From assembly GCF_006345805.1 (NCBI RefSeq), contig NC_043005.1, forward strand, positions 7,874,001-7,938,000: a DNA stretch of 64,000 nucleotides. The letters are read 5' to 3'. Shown piece by piece: positions 38,492 through 53,549 of this stretch; positions within the stretch are counted from its first letter, which is position 1, and every line of letters begins with the position of its first letter. Origin of the DNA: Octopus sinensis (Eukaryota). The position numbers and the translations under genes were made by a program. Under the pieces are notes generated by a model, which did no database searches, had not been told where the DNA came from, and worked only from the letters and a program-made list of their open reading frames with translations.

Positions 38492-38919
38492 GGCGCAGGA
38501 GTGGCTGTGTGGTAAGTAGCTTGCTTACCAACCACATGGTTCTGGGTTCAGTCCCACTGCATGGCACCGTGGGCAAGTGTCTTCTGCTATAGCCTCGGGC
38601 CGACCAAAGCCTTGTGAGTGGATTTGGTAGATGGAAACTGAAAGCGGCCCATCGTATATATGTATATATATGTATATATGTATGTGTGTGTATATGTTTG
38701 TGTGTCTGTGTTTGTCCCCCCACCATCGCTTGACAACCGATGCTGGTGTGTTTACGTCACCGTCACTTAGCGGTTCGGCAAAAAGAGACCGATAGAATAA
38801 GTACTGGGCTTACAAAGAATAAGTCCCGGGGTCGATTTGCTCGACTAAAGGTGGTGCTCCAGCATGGCCGCAGTCAAATGACTGAAACAAGTAAAAGAGT
38901 AAAAGAGAGTAAAAAGAGT
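38492..38919 (+). mobile_element. SINE family A, full length
   Basis: GGCGCAGGAGTGGCTGTGTGGTAAG...GTAAAAGAGTAAAAGAG. Confidence 0.9.
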
Positions 38920-40612
38920 ATAATACAAAATGCTTTTTTAAACTCAAAACAAGAAGGAAGTGTTCTGATTTATCACGAGACTAAACCATTTATATACAAC
39001 TCTTACAAATCAGTTTGGAAATATTTGGTAATTTTGCTGTATTAAAACATGAACATCACAAAACTTAATAGTTTTCTCACCCAAGAAAAATCAATTACAT
39101 AAATATAGACGAAAATCCCTACCACTACCTAAATAATTTCGCAATCAGAATTTGAGACGAATATAGTTGTAACATATAATTGACAAATGTTCAAATAAGA
39201 AGTTTGATGTTAGAATAACACTAGGATGGAGACAGAAACTTGGCAATGAATAAGGTATTGAATATTCAGGTGTCAACATAACAAAGTGAAGAAAAGAATG
39301 AATTATATTTGTACAGTAGGGTCTCATAGATACAATATCATGAGTTGAAAAAACTTTGATTAACCGAAAATCTCCATGTAATTAGGAGAAAACGACCTTC
39401 TCTAGGTGTTTTCAAAATGAAAAAAAGTCACTAATATAAACCCACTGGAATGTTTGGAAAACAAAGACAATGCATGTAGGAGTGGATCACGTGTTTGTAT
39501 ATCTAAATCTTCCCTTCTGCACCTGTAGAGGAAGTTGTATTCACAGCAGATCAAAATAGACTGATGTATTTAACTGATTATTAAATCTGAAGCATTGTCG
39601 CTAGTAACTGGAAAACTATTACGATGTTATTGCCACTGGATATCATAAATATTTCTGAAATTATTTTACATAAATTATTTTGAAAGCGATAGAACGAGTT
39701 AGCATGACAGCAAACACTCTCGAACAGCATCCATCAAAATTCTAATTTGATTATCAATCGCGGTTGTCAAGTCGAAGATGGCCATCCATCCCAAGAATAG
39801 ACTTGTGGAATACCAGAATATTAAATATAAATTCTTCTAATATGAAGAAAAGGTGCATTGCTAACAGCATTTTAAAACATTGATAAACTATACGCATCAG
39901 ACTTAGATTATCTAAAATCCATGAATAACTGTTTGTATGTATACAAGATGAGCTTGAATGCTAAAATAGATAGAATCTCGGATAAACAACTGTACTTAGT
40001 TCATTTTAATCACAAATGGCTGAAGATACCATCTAATGATGGATGCCACCAGGAGAGTCCACTCAGGATGGAAGCATTCGAGTCAAGTTTGTGGTCTGAG
40101 AGCAGTTTGCTAATTTCTTTTCATCAGTTTTTGAAGCCATGAAAAAGGTGCCGAGTGTTGCACTTACGCTATTGACTATAATAATAAAATATTCAGCAGA
40201 CAAACCATGAAACTTGCAATTAGTCTTGTATTCACGTGACTACTGAAGCACAAAAGAATTGACTACATTGATTTTTCAACCTTACAATATAGACTCTTAA
40301 TCATCTCTGTATAAAAAGCATTTCACTTCTGACTGTCAGCTTCACGCCATGGTTACTTTATGACTCCACCTTTTTGTCTTCTTACTCCTGTTTGTTACGA
40401 TTTACAAAGATTTCGCATCTTAAATTATAGCTAGAGTGGTAAATACAAGTAATCGTATTTTGTATCTTTTCAGTTATCAGTGTCTCCAAAGATACAATAT
40501 TCAAGAAAAAAAAAAAAACTTTCGCTGCGTATCGCACACACACCCTTGATCCATTGCCATTTTAACAGCAGAAGTAAATTCTATACGTACTTCCTCATAG
40601 ATAAAGCACATA

Positions 40613-40665
<53 letters not shown>

Positions 40666-41429
40666 CACACACACACACACGATACACACAATACACACAC
40701 GCTGAACCAAGATCAAAGACATAGTAACATGCATATTTCTTTACTCGTGTAATTATGCGTCATTTTATTGGTCTATTTTTATCGAATTTCTGTATTGATA
40801 TTATAGATTTTCATATATATTCTAAAGAAATTGTGCATTTGAAAAGGTTAGCTTACTATTAAGTTATTGTTATCAATGACTTTTACAGTCCCAAAACTGC
40901 TGTGTATAAAAGTAAGCTTCAAAAATCTTACAACATATTCGCTTGAGAATGTCAAACTTCTGATACCAACCGTCATAGTCATAGCTTCGAATAACTGTTA
41001 GTCCAGTCTACTTTATCTTTTTGAATACTTTTCTTCGCGTAATTGCATCACACCAGCGTGATACAACCACTCCAATATGTGTGAGGGCACGTAAGTGTAC
41101 ATATATATATAAATTGTAATAATATTAGTGAGTATAACTCCGAACTTACAGGGAAAAATTCAATTTAGTATTAAATCAAATTTCACAATATAAATATATA
41201 ATATATTGTTTAACTCTATTTGCTTATTTATTTAACTATCATTGTTATCCTAAAGAGTGACTATAATTTTAAATTAAATTGATTTTCGATTAAATCTAAA
41301 TTTAATTGTAATTCGAATTTAATTATAGCCATGAAACGAACGTAGTTTTGTATATTATGTATTGATTATTCCTTTTTATAATTTTTGTGATCTAGTTTAT
41401 GTTTCATATAAAAATATATTTTATTTTAT

Positions 41430-42038
<609 letters not shown>

Positions 42039-43431
42039 TATCTGTATATACATATGTACGTGTTTATGAATGTAAGTCTATCCTCATAAGTAGCTTGCTA
42101 TACATACATACACATACACCCACACCCACATATATGTTCCAAAATCTTTAACCTACTGTATCTAATTTCTGTTATAATTTACAGCTAGATGAAAGCCGAT
42201 CAATTTTAATCGAATTCAGCAAACTCAGGAAGGAAAATATAGTGTCCAGATAGAATTACCAGCAGCACTTGCAAGGTCGGTAATTTAGTTCACCTGTGAA
42301 ATGTCAGCAATGCTGCCCTCGATGTCTCAACGCATACCTATATAAAGAAACATACACAGGCATTCAAGTATTAAGATAAGTACATATACGTGCATATATA
42401 AAGACGCACATATATGTGCATGTGTAAAGAGTCACTTACACGTGCACACATATCTACTGAAACAATGATTGACGTGACAGCAGCGAACGGATATATACAT
42501 AGAAGTATGTTAGCATATAAGCATTGAGAAACGTATGTGTACACGCCGATGAAAAAATGGACTGAAAAGATTCGCGATTAGCAATAGGAGACTGTGTATT
42601 CATGCACACACACACACGCACGCACACACAGACACACACACAAACACACACACAAACACACACACAAACACACATTCTCTCTCTATTTCTCTCGCTGACA
42701 TATACTCAAGGGTCCACATACGAGCCTACAAACACACAGACAAGCACACACGCTCAAGACCGCACACATACAGACATTGAAAGAAGAAAACAATTTTGAT
42801 TGCCTTTTCTTACTCTAGTGCGTATATTTTCTATTTTTATGACTGACAACCTGCCTAAGGCATTTTAATGCTCTATATTTAAAGAGAATTTGTAGAAAGA
42901 AGAATTTGATTTATGTCTTATAAAGAAGTAAGTTGCTTCGTGGTAAAGTAATCCTATAAGTTCTTTCAGATATTCAATCAAGAGAAAGATTAGGAAAATA
43001 AGAAATCCCGAAGTTCTCCACAACAAGTTTCGGATTCTCCCTTTAGTGAGTATAATGAATGAAGCTTTATGAACATGCATCATATTCGGTTAATATAGAA
43101 GTTATTTCTTTATTCCATTCTTTCTCCTCTTTAGATCCCTTGTTTAGGATTAAAACTATTTTCAGACTGTTGCAGGTTGAAATCTTCACTAGATGACGAT
43201 TGCACTTCTTTATTTGCCTTCGCTCTCAGGAGAACTGCTAGTGCCATTTTACATATGCAGAAATATATTTCAGAACAAATGTTAGTTATGTCATAAAAAT
43301 ACTGTATATAGAATTAGAATATTGAAGGGAGATAATCCATTGCAGTCTTTCTCTTCATTCTATTGTACACTCCTGGGGGAAATAGACTGAAATATACTTT
43401 GTAATAGTTAATGCTTCCTTTTAACACACAG

Positions 43432-43608
43432 AGTTTACCATGTGCGTCACAAGATAGTACCACAGAAAGAGATCTGCAATTTTGTTACCAGTTTTGTGAC
43501 GCACATGGTAAACTTGGAGGGAAATACGAATTCGCTCGTCTATATAAGTTTGGATATGCTGACTACTTTGTGTTATGTTCTGATGAAGCTTGGTCAGAAA
43601 TACAAAAG
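43432..43608 (+). CDS. Internal coding exon of an unidentified gene (SLPCASQDSTTERDLQFCYQFCDAHGKLGGKYEFARLYKFGYADYFVLCSDEAWSEIQK)
   Basis: It has acceptor CTTCCTTTTAACACACAG and the strong donor AAG|GTAAGT. It is 177 nt, phase 0-0, with normal protein composition. Confidence 0.7.
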
Positions 43609-44022
43609 GTAAGTTTTCTAAGCATTTTCAAATTCATAATTCTCGAAATATTATGTTGACAAAGGTGATGAATTTTTATAATTCTAATCCAGAAACGCGT
43701 CCATAATTAATCGGAGACTGTTTGATTTCATTATTTTTCTTCTTTTTGCCTATGTGAGTTACAAATATTGTTATCTGTGGAGACATATTTTGTAGGAAAA
43801 AGAAATAGTGGTCCTTTGGCTGCTATTTCTAAATTTTCGGTATGTGGTGAAGCAACTTGTTGCTAAACTCTTAATTATTGTTATAATTATATATCTATCT
43901 TTAAAAAAACTTTTTGTGTAAGTTTTTAACGAATATGGTTCTTTTCCACACCGAAACTACTTGGTAAAATTTATTAATTTATTAAATTAATAATTCTTTA
44001 CCCTATATCTGTAATGAGTATA

Positions 44023-44073
<51 letters not shown>

Positions 44074-44531
44074 ACACATACATATACATGTATATATACA
44101 TATATATTCATACATACATTCATGTATATATCTATACGTATATATGTAGTGCTTATAAAATGTGTTTATATCTTAGCTGCAAATCGTAGAGTAAAAAAAC
44201 AAAGCGTCTCGAAAGCGGCTCCCCACACGAGTTTCTGTAAATGTTCATGAAAAAAAATTCTTGCATATGAAATATTTTACAAAACAAGATTCATACACCA
44301 GTTTTTTCTCTTCAAATTTAATATTCTTAAGTATTCTTATTAAAATCCTATTTTTTTCTTTCCCTAATGTTTGTCTCTGCCATTTTGTATGTGCACGCAT
44401 TTTTATGCGAGTAGTTCTTCAAGTCTTCATATCTTTAATTTATTTGTTGTTGTGACCCTTTCCACAACGACTCTGTAATAATATGTCGGACTCATTATCT
44501 AACGAATCCTTAATTGATATAATTAATTGAA

Positions 44532-44758
44532 GGCGGCGAGCTGGCAGAATCGTTAGCACGCCGGGGGAAATGCGTAGCCGTATTTCGTCTGCCGTTACGT
44601 TCTGAGTTCAAATTCCGCCGAGGTCGACTTTGCCTTTCATCCTTTCGGGGTCGATAAATTAAGTACCAGTTACGCACTGGGGTCGATATAATCGACTTAA
44701 ACCTTTTGTCTGTCCTTGTTTGTCATCTCTGTGTGGCCCCTTGTGGGTAATAAAGAAA
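44532..44758 (+). mobile_element. SINE family B, full-length monomer
   Basis: GGCGGCGAGCTGGCAGAATCGTTAGCAC...GGGTAATAAAGAAA. Confidence 0.9.
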
Positions 44759-45379
44759 CAGATATAAGAAGAAAAGGCGTGATGCCTGACACATCTGGTT
44801 GCTAATTTATCAGATTGAAGCCCTACATAAACGTTCTCTCGTTAAATCGTATTTGGTATATTTTTGTTTCTTATGTACGCCTAAGACATTATACGAATAA
44901 GAACGACGCAGTGCGGTCTTTATATCATTCTCAGAGAAAATGACATACTACTCAAAAATCCAGACAGGTTAACGAAGCTCTCTTCTGGGAATATATTTAT
45001 ACTGTTCAGTAAAAAGAAAATGCGATTAGCTCAATTATTTGTAAACGATGATATTGAATGAGAAATTTAGAGCAGCTTAAAATGTAAGATATCTAAGCAT
45101 TAATTGTAATGGTACAAAAACATCTCATTGATAAAATATTACAAGAAATAAAGCTGTAAAGAATTTTATAAAAGCTATACATACTCAATATATTATTACT
45201 TTGAGAGTTGCAAATTGTAACAAGAACAATAACTGCATTAATAACAACAACGAAACCGATATTTAGAAAAATAAGACACAAAATAAATTTGAGCATTATA
45301 GCATTAACTTACACATATGTATACGTTAAATCACTCGTGTACAAATTCTCATACGCCATCAACACACGCATACATGTAT

Positions 45380-45401
45380 ACAGACACACGAACGTACATT
45401 T

Positions 45402-45468
<67 letters not shown>

Positions 45469-45586
45469 ATATAGATACAAGCCTATATTCATAATACGCA
45501 CATACACACATCTATATGTATATATATGTGTATATATATATGCATATATATATACATACATATAAACTATACATATATATACATAC

Positions 45587-45638
<52 letters not shown>

Positions 45639-45658
45639 CATACATACATGCATACATA

Positions 45659-45695
<37 letters not shown>

Positions 45696-45937
45696 ATATA
45701 TATATATATATATATGTACATATATATATATATATATGTATGTATTTGTGTATATATTGTTTGTTGGTAAAGTGAAGATCAGACTGGAGTAAAATGAATA
45801 GAGTGAAAACATCTCAAGAGTCAACAGGCAATTAAAATATAAGTAAATGTTAATCCTAATAGAACACAATAATGTAGTGTATATGTATATATATATATGT
45901 ATATATATGTATATTTATATATATATATATATATGTA

Positions 45938-46001
<64 letters not shown>

Positions 46002-46200
46002 CGTATATATATGATATAAAGACCGCACATATATATGTGCGCATGTATATGTTATACACATACATATATACACATAAGATAAGTATGTGTAGATATATGT
46101 GTGAGTGTGTATCTGCTGTCTGTATTTGCATATATATATATACATATTTTTTGTGTGCGTATTTGTATGCCTGTACACCTGTATGAATAAGTATGTATGT
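45380..46200. repeat. Complex (TA)n/(TG)n/(CA)n/(TACA)n microsatellite field
   Basis: Seen directly. Source of the many I/Y-rich ORFs. Confidence 0.9.
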
Positions 46201-46361
46201 ACGCCGTATAGAACCAAAATACTTGTATTATATGTGATAAACATTCACGAATTGGCGAAAAATTACCCAATACGTGTACTAGAGCGCAGATAATAGAATG
46301 GCCGAGGTTATTAACAATTACTAGGAGTTAGTGCGTAAGATTTGTTCGTTTTTAAAAGTGT

Positions 46362-46746
46362 GGAAGCACTCCGTCGGTTACGACGACGAGGGTTCCGGTT
46401 GATCCGAATCAACGGAACAGCCTGCTCGTGAAATTAACGTGTAAGTGGCTGAGTACTCCACAGACACGTGTACCCTTAACGTAGTTCTCGGGGATATTCA
46501 GCGTGACACAGAGAGTGACAAGGCCGGCCCTTTGAAATACAGGTACAACAGAAACAGGAAGTAAGAGTGAGAGAAAGTTGTGGTGAAAGAGTACAGCAGG
46601 GATCACCACCATCCCCTGCCGGAGCCTCGTGGAGCTTTTAGGTGTTTTCGCTCAATAAACAGTCACAACGCCTGGTCTGGGAATCGAAACCGCGATCCTA
46701 CGGCCGCGAGTCCGCTGCCCTAACCACTGGGCCATTGCGCCTCCAC
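46362..46746 (-). mobile_element. SINE family C, full length
   Basis: The sense head is GTGGAGGCGCAATGGCCCAGTGGTTAGGGCAGCGGACTCGCGG...GGTTTCGATTCCCAG. Near-identical to 48621-49003. Confidence 0.9.
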
Positions 46747-46995
46747 GTCTTTAAAAGACTGTCATAGCAGAACAAGACAATAACGATTACAGATGAAATA
46801 TACAAACGAGCGTGAAAACCCATTTAGCTAACTGGGCCGCTGGTTACGAACATGAAGCAATAAAGAAAAACAGCTAAAATATTTTTTACTGGAGAGACAA
46901 CTCACGGTGTACTATTGACAACAAACTTTTGAAATAGTATAAGAATGAAAATAAACCATGGAGTTGCAATAAATGAATAAGTAAAACATTTTTCT

Positions 46996-47412
46996 GCACG
47001 TAGGAGTGGCTGTATGGTAAGTAGCTTGCTTACGAACCACATGGATCCGGGTTCAGTCCCACTGCGCGGCATCTTGAGCAAGTGTCTTCTACTATAGCCT
47101 CGGGCCGACTAAAGCCTTGTGAGTGGATTTGGTAGACGGAAACTGAAAGAAGCCTGTCGTATATATGTATATATGTATATGTATGTGTGTGTGTATATGT
47201 TTGCGTGTCTGTGTTTGTCCCCCCCCCAACATCGCTTGACAACCGATGCTGGTATGTTTACGTCCCCGTAACTTAGCGGTTCGGCAAAAGAGACCGATGG
47301 AATAAGTACTAGGCTTACAAAGAACAAGTCCTGGGGTCGATTTGTTCGACTAAAGGCGGTGCTCCAGCATGGCCACAGTCAAATGACTGAAACAAGTAAA
47401 AGAGTAAAAGAG
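46996..47412 (+). mobile_element. SINE family A, full length
   Basis: Homologous to 38492-38919. Confidence 0.9.
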
Positions 47413-47964
47413 TATAAACATGGGCTTACGCACATACGTCTCCCCAAACATACTAATATAATATAGGGAACGTAATATAGTTTATGAAATGTAATACCCG
47501 CATAACACCCGCGATAGTCGAGAGATTACTGTATTTATAAATATATGATATGCCCTCCACCACATATAGATGTAGAACGAATTGTGAAGCAAGTGAACAA
47601 AGATCCCCAAAATAGGTTCAATCAATTGTAGATGTCGAAAGAACAAGTGTAAGAATTTAGGGTTTCAATCATTTAACCAGATTTCAGATGAAATGAATCC
47701 AACACTAGGATATACTTGTGGAATTGCCATTTTAATTTTCTTGTAGGCATGCTATTCAGCATGTCGGTTAATACAATCAATATCTTGAGATTTTCGGCGG
47801 CGCACAAAATGCAAATTGCTGTTGTATTCATTGTAGGTTTCTTTCCTTTGTTCATCTGTATAAATTGCAGTACCGATGAACACTGGTCATTAATATAAAT
47901 AAGATAGTGTTGATTAATTATGTAAACTGGGCCTTAATGAGGTATTGACGATTGAGAACAACAA

Positions 47965-48425
47965 CTACAACGAATCGGTCCTCTCCATTCTTTTCTATGA
48001 AGCAAAAGCGTGGCCCCTCTCGAAGACACTGGCAAAGATGATGGACGGCTTCAATACCAGAACCTTGAGAACAAGCGAGAACATCAGATGGTGCCATCAT
48101 ATTTGCAACAAAGAACTACGCGTGCGCACGCATCAGCTCGCAGCCTCTCTACACATAGCTACCCGTCACATGCGCTGGTACGGACATGTCCTCCATCTCC
48201 CGCTAGACCATCCTACCAAGGCTTTATTCTCATTCGACGCAGCAGGTACAGACTAGAAGAGGACTTGTGGCAGGCCCTGCACCAGATCTCTATGAGTGAT
48301 CGGGGAAAGATCTCCAGATCCTCGACGTCACTTTGGAGGATGCAGACGGGTTGGCATGGGACAGCCAGCGATGGACAGCATTAGTAGACTTGCTCGGCTT
48401 TACGCATGATGACGCCTCTGGGACT
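47965..48425 (+). mobile_element. 3' fragment of an RTE-clade-like LINE ORF, pseudogenised
   Basis: YNESVLSILFYEAKAWPLSK...NIRW...NKELR...RHMRWYGHVLHLP...GRPCTR...SQRWTALV matches the post-RT C-terminal motifs (LxY...W, RWxGHVxR, GRPxxxW) of RTE-like elements. Confidence 0.8.
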
Positions 48426-48620
48426 AATAATTTGGAATGATCCCAGGCTCATCAAGCAAGAACATGAAATCAGCGAAGCTAACAGAGACGGAGAGATAGG
48501 TTCCATGTTAAATCATAAAAGTCTTACAGAAAAGCGAAGGTTTATTTGTAAATGTTACGATATGCAGTGTGTGAGAATAATATATGACCGAATGTTATAA
48601 GTGAGGGTTATATATATTAG

Positions 48621-49003
48621 GGAAGCACTCCGTCGGTTACGACGATGAGGGTTCCGGTTGATCCGAATCAACGGAACAGCCTGCTCGTGAAATTAACGTG
48701 TAAGTGGCTGAGCACTCCACAGACACGTGCACTCTTAACGTAGTTCTCGGGGATATTCAGCGTGACACAGAGAGTGACAAGGCCGGCCCTTTGAAATACA
48801 GGTACAACAGAAACAGGAAGTAAGAGTGAGAGCAAGTTGTGGTGAAAGAGTACAGCAGGGATCACCACCATCCCTGCCGGAGCCTCGTGGAGCTTTAGGT
48901 GTTTTCGTTCAATAAACACTCACAACGCCCGGTCTGGGAATCGAAACTGTGATCCTACGACCGCGAGTTCGCTGCCCTAACCACTGGGCCATTGCGCCTC
49001 CAC
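48621..49003 (-). mobile_element. SINE family C, full length, with a ~14-bp TSD
   Basis: AGGGTTATATATAT flanks both sides (48604-48617, 49005-49018). Confidence 0.9.
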
Positions 49004-49530
49004 AAGGGTTATATATATATGAAGCATTAAAGCCAGAAGGATAATAGTAACTGTGCAAAATACAAAATACAAAAATAAAAGTGTAGGGTCAAGCTACAGA
49101 AATATCAAATGAAAGGCGTGGGCAAACGAATAACAAGTTGGCAAATGAGTGGATAATATTATCCTGGATGCGGAGTGAAGGTTCATTATATAACCATTAC
49201 CTTTCATAGAGGGAAACATAAGAAAATCAATTCCAGTTTTGAATTCAAAAGATGCAGAAGCTGTGTCGGGATGTTTTGCACCCGTTTGGAACTTTTGATA
49301 GAAAGACGTTAATATTGTGATCTGTGTCTCTTCTACATGCCTCACTAAAAACATACGTTGGTTATATCGGGATTGAGAAAGTCTCCATGTGGCGTACATA
49401 GCATTTTGCACTGCCACTCTTTCTAATGGAGAATTTTGTCCTGAGTATCCCACTCTTCGAGCAGGAAAATCACAGTAACGTCAGATTGAATCAAAAGGTC
49501 CGCACAAATTTCTCACACCCTGTCTCTCTA

Positions 49531-49580
<50 letters not shown>

Positions 49581-49985
49581 TGTGTGTGTGTACTACGCAG
49601 GCATACCATCTTAAAAACACCTGCTTGAGAAGATCTGAAGAAAATAGCGAATCAAAGATGACGCTTCTCAGTTATCGCTCGATCAGAAATAACAGCCAAA
49701 TTGTTTCAAATCTTATCCTACTATTGAAAAAAAAAAAAAAAGGGCAAATTATATGATGAAGTCATGTATGCACTTAAAAGAGTCCGGAACTTCAGAATGA
49801 GCAGCTGACTGTAATCTTAATATGTGTAATCGCTTAGGGGAAAAGTCTGATTTCTGTTTAAACATTGCACATTGCGAATAAGCGAAATATTACTGAAATT
49901 TCCAACTTTTGATTCTTACCCATCATCATATCTGCAACTGGTGATAACATTCTTCGAACATTTATACATGCGTACATACAGGTAC

Positions 49986-50290
49986 GTGGAGGCGCAATGG
50001 CCTAGTGGTTAGGGCAGCGAACTCGCGGTCGTAGGATCGCGGTTTCGATTCCCAGACCGGGCGTTGTGTGTGTTTATTGAGCGAAAACACCTAAAAGCTC
50101 CACGAGGCTCCGGCAGGGGATAGTGGTGATCCCTGCTGTACTCTTTCGCTACAACTTTCTCACACTCTTTCTTCTGTTGGCCTGCTCGCTTAGCCAGCGG
50201 GGTGGCGTCATTTGAAGGCTAAAACAATGCGAAGCGCATTGTGACCGGCGACGTGTAGCAACATCTGATGGTCTGGTCGGTCACGTGATC
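49986..50290 (+). mobile_element. SINE family C variant (same head, different 3' half)
   Basis: The head matches 48621-49003. The 3' half TTGGCCTGCTCGCTTAGCCAGCGGGGTGGCGTCATTTG... is shared with 50590-50870. Confidence 0.85.
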
Positions 50291-50589
50291 ACATAAAGGT
50301 ACACATAGACGCGTACGTATATTTGTCCACGAATACACACACACACACACACACACGCCTGTTTAGGAAATTCTCCTGATAGAATGCTTTGAGGAAAACT
50401 ATGCTGCAGTTTGAACGGAGCTACGTTGCTTTGGCAGCGTATCAGGTCATTATCAAGCGACTCCTTCATTTAGATAGTTCACGCTCACACAGCCAATGCC
50501 GTCGTTAATCTGTAAAAACTCCATTCACAAATTTTAATATAAAGAATATAATACTGGATACATGCATACGTACATACATACATACATGA

Positions 50590-50870
50590 CCGTCACCGAC
50601 CAGGCTATCAGATGTTGCTGCATATCGCTGGTCACAATGCGCTTCGCAATGCGTTTTAGCCTACAAATGACGCCACCCCGCTGGCTAAGCCAGCAGGCCA
50701 ACAGAAGAAAGAGTGAGAGAAAGTTGTAGCGAAAGAGTACAGCAGGGATCGCCACCACCCTCTGCCGCAGCCTCGTGGAGCTTTAGGTGTTTTCGCTCAA
50801 TAAAAACTCACAACGCCTGGTTTGGGAATCGAAACCGCGATCCTATGACCGCAGGTCCGCTGCCTTAACC
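50590..50870 (-). mobile_element. SINE family C variant, inverted relative to 49986-50290
   Basis: Reverse complement of 49998-50283 with scattered substitutions. Confidence 0.85.
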
Positions 50871-51245
50871 ACACATACATACAAACAAACATACAAACAT
50901 ACATACGTACATACATATATTATATATATATATACACACACACATTACATACGCATATGTACGTATGTATATATGTATATATCTACATACTTATGTATAT
51001 GTATGTAGGTTTGATTACAGTTTTCTAGAAGAGAACGCGAAAGTGGGCAGGATAGATAAATAGATAGATCAATAGAATGCTAGATACAGAGATAGAAGGG
51101 TAGATAGATAGATAGATAGAGAGAGAGAGAAAGAGAGAGAGGAGTCAAAGGAAAAGAGAGTGAAATAACTCCATTACCAACTCGTATAGCGATCCATCTA
51201 TTATATACATATGTATGTATGTATGTATATATGTATGTGTCTTAA

Positions 51246-51539
51246 GGAAGCACTCCACAGACACGCGCACCCTTAACGTAGTCTCGGGGATATTCAGCGT
51301 GACACAGAGAGTGACAAGGCCGGCCCCTTGAAATACAGGTACAACAGAAACAGGAAGTAAGAGTGAGTAAGTTTGTGGTGAAAGAGTACAGCAGGGATCA
51401 CCACCATCCCCTGCCGGAGCCTCGTGGAGCTTTTAGGTGTTTTCGCTCAATAAACACTCACAACGCCGGTCTAGAATCGAAACCGCGATCCTATGACCGC
51501 GAGTCCGCTGCCCTAACCACTGGGCCATTGCGCCTCCAC
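51246..51539 (-). mobile_element. SINE family C with an internal deletion near its 3' end
   Basis: It reads GGAAGCACTCC|ACAGACACG, whereas intact copies have ~85-90 bp between two GCACTCC words. Confidence 0.85.
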
Positions 51540-51572
51540 GTATGTATGTGTATATATATATATATATATATT

Positions 51573-51656
<84 letters not shown>

Positions 51657-52745
51657 ATATGTATATGTATGTATATGGTATTTAAATACTATAAAATGTT
51701 GCCTTTGACACAGTTCTGTAGCATATATAAAATTGAGTAACAGAGAGCATCTAGTGATTACAGCTGAAAGCTTTAGCAGTGTCACATCGTGTTATGAAAA
51801 TGGGGTTATCGTGTAGATTATCTTAATCTGAATCATTCCACATAAATGATGTTGTTTTCTTCCAAAATTCAAACGTTATTTTCTGTTATGCAGAATGAAT
51901 CTGCATAGTTATTTTCGGGGTTTAGTTGACACCCGATTTCGTGTAGCTATCGCACATGTTTCATTTACACGATTCACTTTAAGGATGTTCAATATGGTAA
52001 CCGATGTATTGCTACTTTAAAATCAATAACTTTTCTCACCAGGTTGTTTGTTTGAAACAGATTCTATTTCTATTAAGATGGCGTCAATTATTTGTTATTT
52101 TCTCTTTGTGGCATTTTTTTGTTGTTGTTGTAGAAATATATCCTTTGCGTTCTTCGTAACTATAGTATTTATATATGTTAAAATATGTGTTCACCGCCAT
52201 TATCCCTTTTGAAATGCGTTAATCATATTTCAGTTAAAATTTCACAACTTTTGCCAATGAAAGGCATTTTATAACACTTGCAATTGTTAAGCGGCCATAT
52301 ACGAAATTGTTACTTTATACCACGGCACTTGCACACACACCTACATCCACATACAGTTACATACATACATACATACATACATAAATACATACATACATAC
52401 ATACATACATACATAAATACATATATACATAACATACATAATACATACATACATACATACAGACATATATACATACATACATACATACATACATACATAC
52501 ATAAACATAAATACGTACATACAAACATTTATATCCATCCATCCATCCATCCATATATATATTATATTAGATATACTATATATAATATATATATATATAT
52601 ATATATTCAACAACAATTAAGGAATGGCCTTAATAGGCCATTCGGCCCACTAGAAGAAGCAGCCAGTCTTTGACTATTTTCTCTTTCCCACTAGACCGCT
52701 GGTCGGTAGAGATAAATTTCTATGAATTTTTGATACCCTAAATGA

Positions 52746-52782
<37 letters not shown>

Positions 52783-52915
52783 TATGGTTTAAAAGAAGCG
52801 CTTATATAATTTGAGAAAAAAATTATTTTTATAAAAATAACATTAACATAAAGCTAAATTATCAATTTAATAATCTCGTTCAATAAAACCACCATAAGCA
52901 CCAATAACTGCTCTA

Positions 52916-53545
52916 CGCGGGGTCGAAATCGTTTGCAAGCTCGGATTAAGTAGTCCTTGTTCGGAAATGACTCGAACTATGGTGTCTTTCAAAGAATCTC
53001 TGGTGCTGTTGGGGTGTTCATTGACGTTTTTTCAACCCCTAGCGTTCAGACGTGCAGTGCGCGTTCGTCGGATTTTCGCTTTCACTCTAACGCATCGAGC
53101 AGAGATATTGCATAAAGATTTACCAAAAGTTTGGTATACTCAAGCCATAAAGCCATCCATAGGATTCTGCAGGCCTTTGACAATGATGCCACGGGCAAAA
53201 CTCAGATCAAAGAGTGTTGTAAATATGGCTGGAACTCAGTGGAGAACGAGACACGTTCAAGCAGGCCATCCACAAGCTGAAACGAGGAGCCGATTGAGAA
53301 AGTTCAGCGAATAGTCATGGAAGACCGTCGTGTAACTATTCAGGAAATTTTTCACAAAGAAGCACAGAATCAGTGTATTCCATTTTATCGGAAGATTTCT
53401 GCATGGGGAGAGCGTCAGCGAAATTCAGGCCCAAGGTGCTAACGGAACAGCAGAAGTAAAGCTGCGTGGAAATCTCTGTGCACACAACAACGCAGACTTC
53501 GTGAATATCATCATTACTGATGATGGGACATGGCTTTATGGTCTC
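52916..53545 (+). mobile_element. Mariner 5' half (HTH region to the first catalytic Asp), decayed and truncated by SINE B
   Basis: The start TA|CGCGGGGTCGAAA is TIR-like. Fragments read QAFDNDATGKTQIKE, SVENETRSSRPSTS, IEKVQRIVMEDRRVTIQEI, ASAKFRPKVLTEQQK and IITDDGTWLYG. Confidence 0.8.
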
Positions 53546-53549
53546 AGCT

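Noticed and set aside
45317-46293. Many I/Y-, C/V- and H/T-rich ORFs here and at 52278-52673, 55385-56476, 57446-57897 and 60508-61246
   Set aside because: They are translations of (TA)n, (CA)n, (TACA)n and (TATC)n microsatellites.
46670-46746. tRNA genes in the SINE heads (also at 9450-9532, 38492-38560 and 49986-50060)
   Set aside because: A and B boxes are present, but the heads lack a complete cloverleaf and run into multi-copy SINE bodies.
49094-49453. 119-aa minus-strand ORF
   Set aside because: No recognisable domain or splice context, and its length is within chance expectation.
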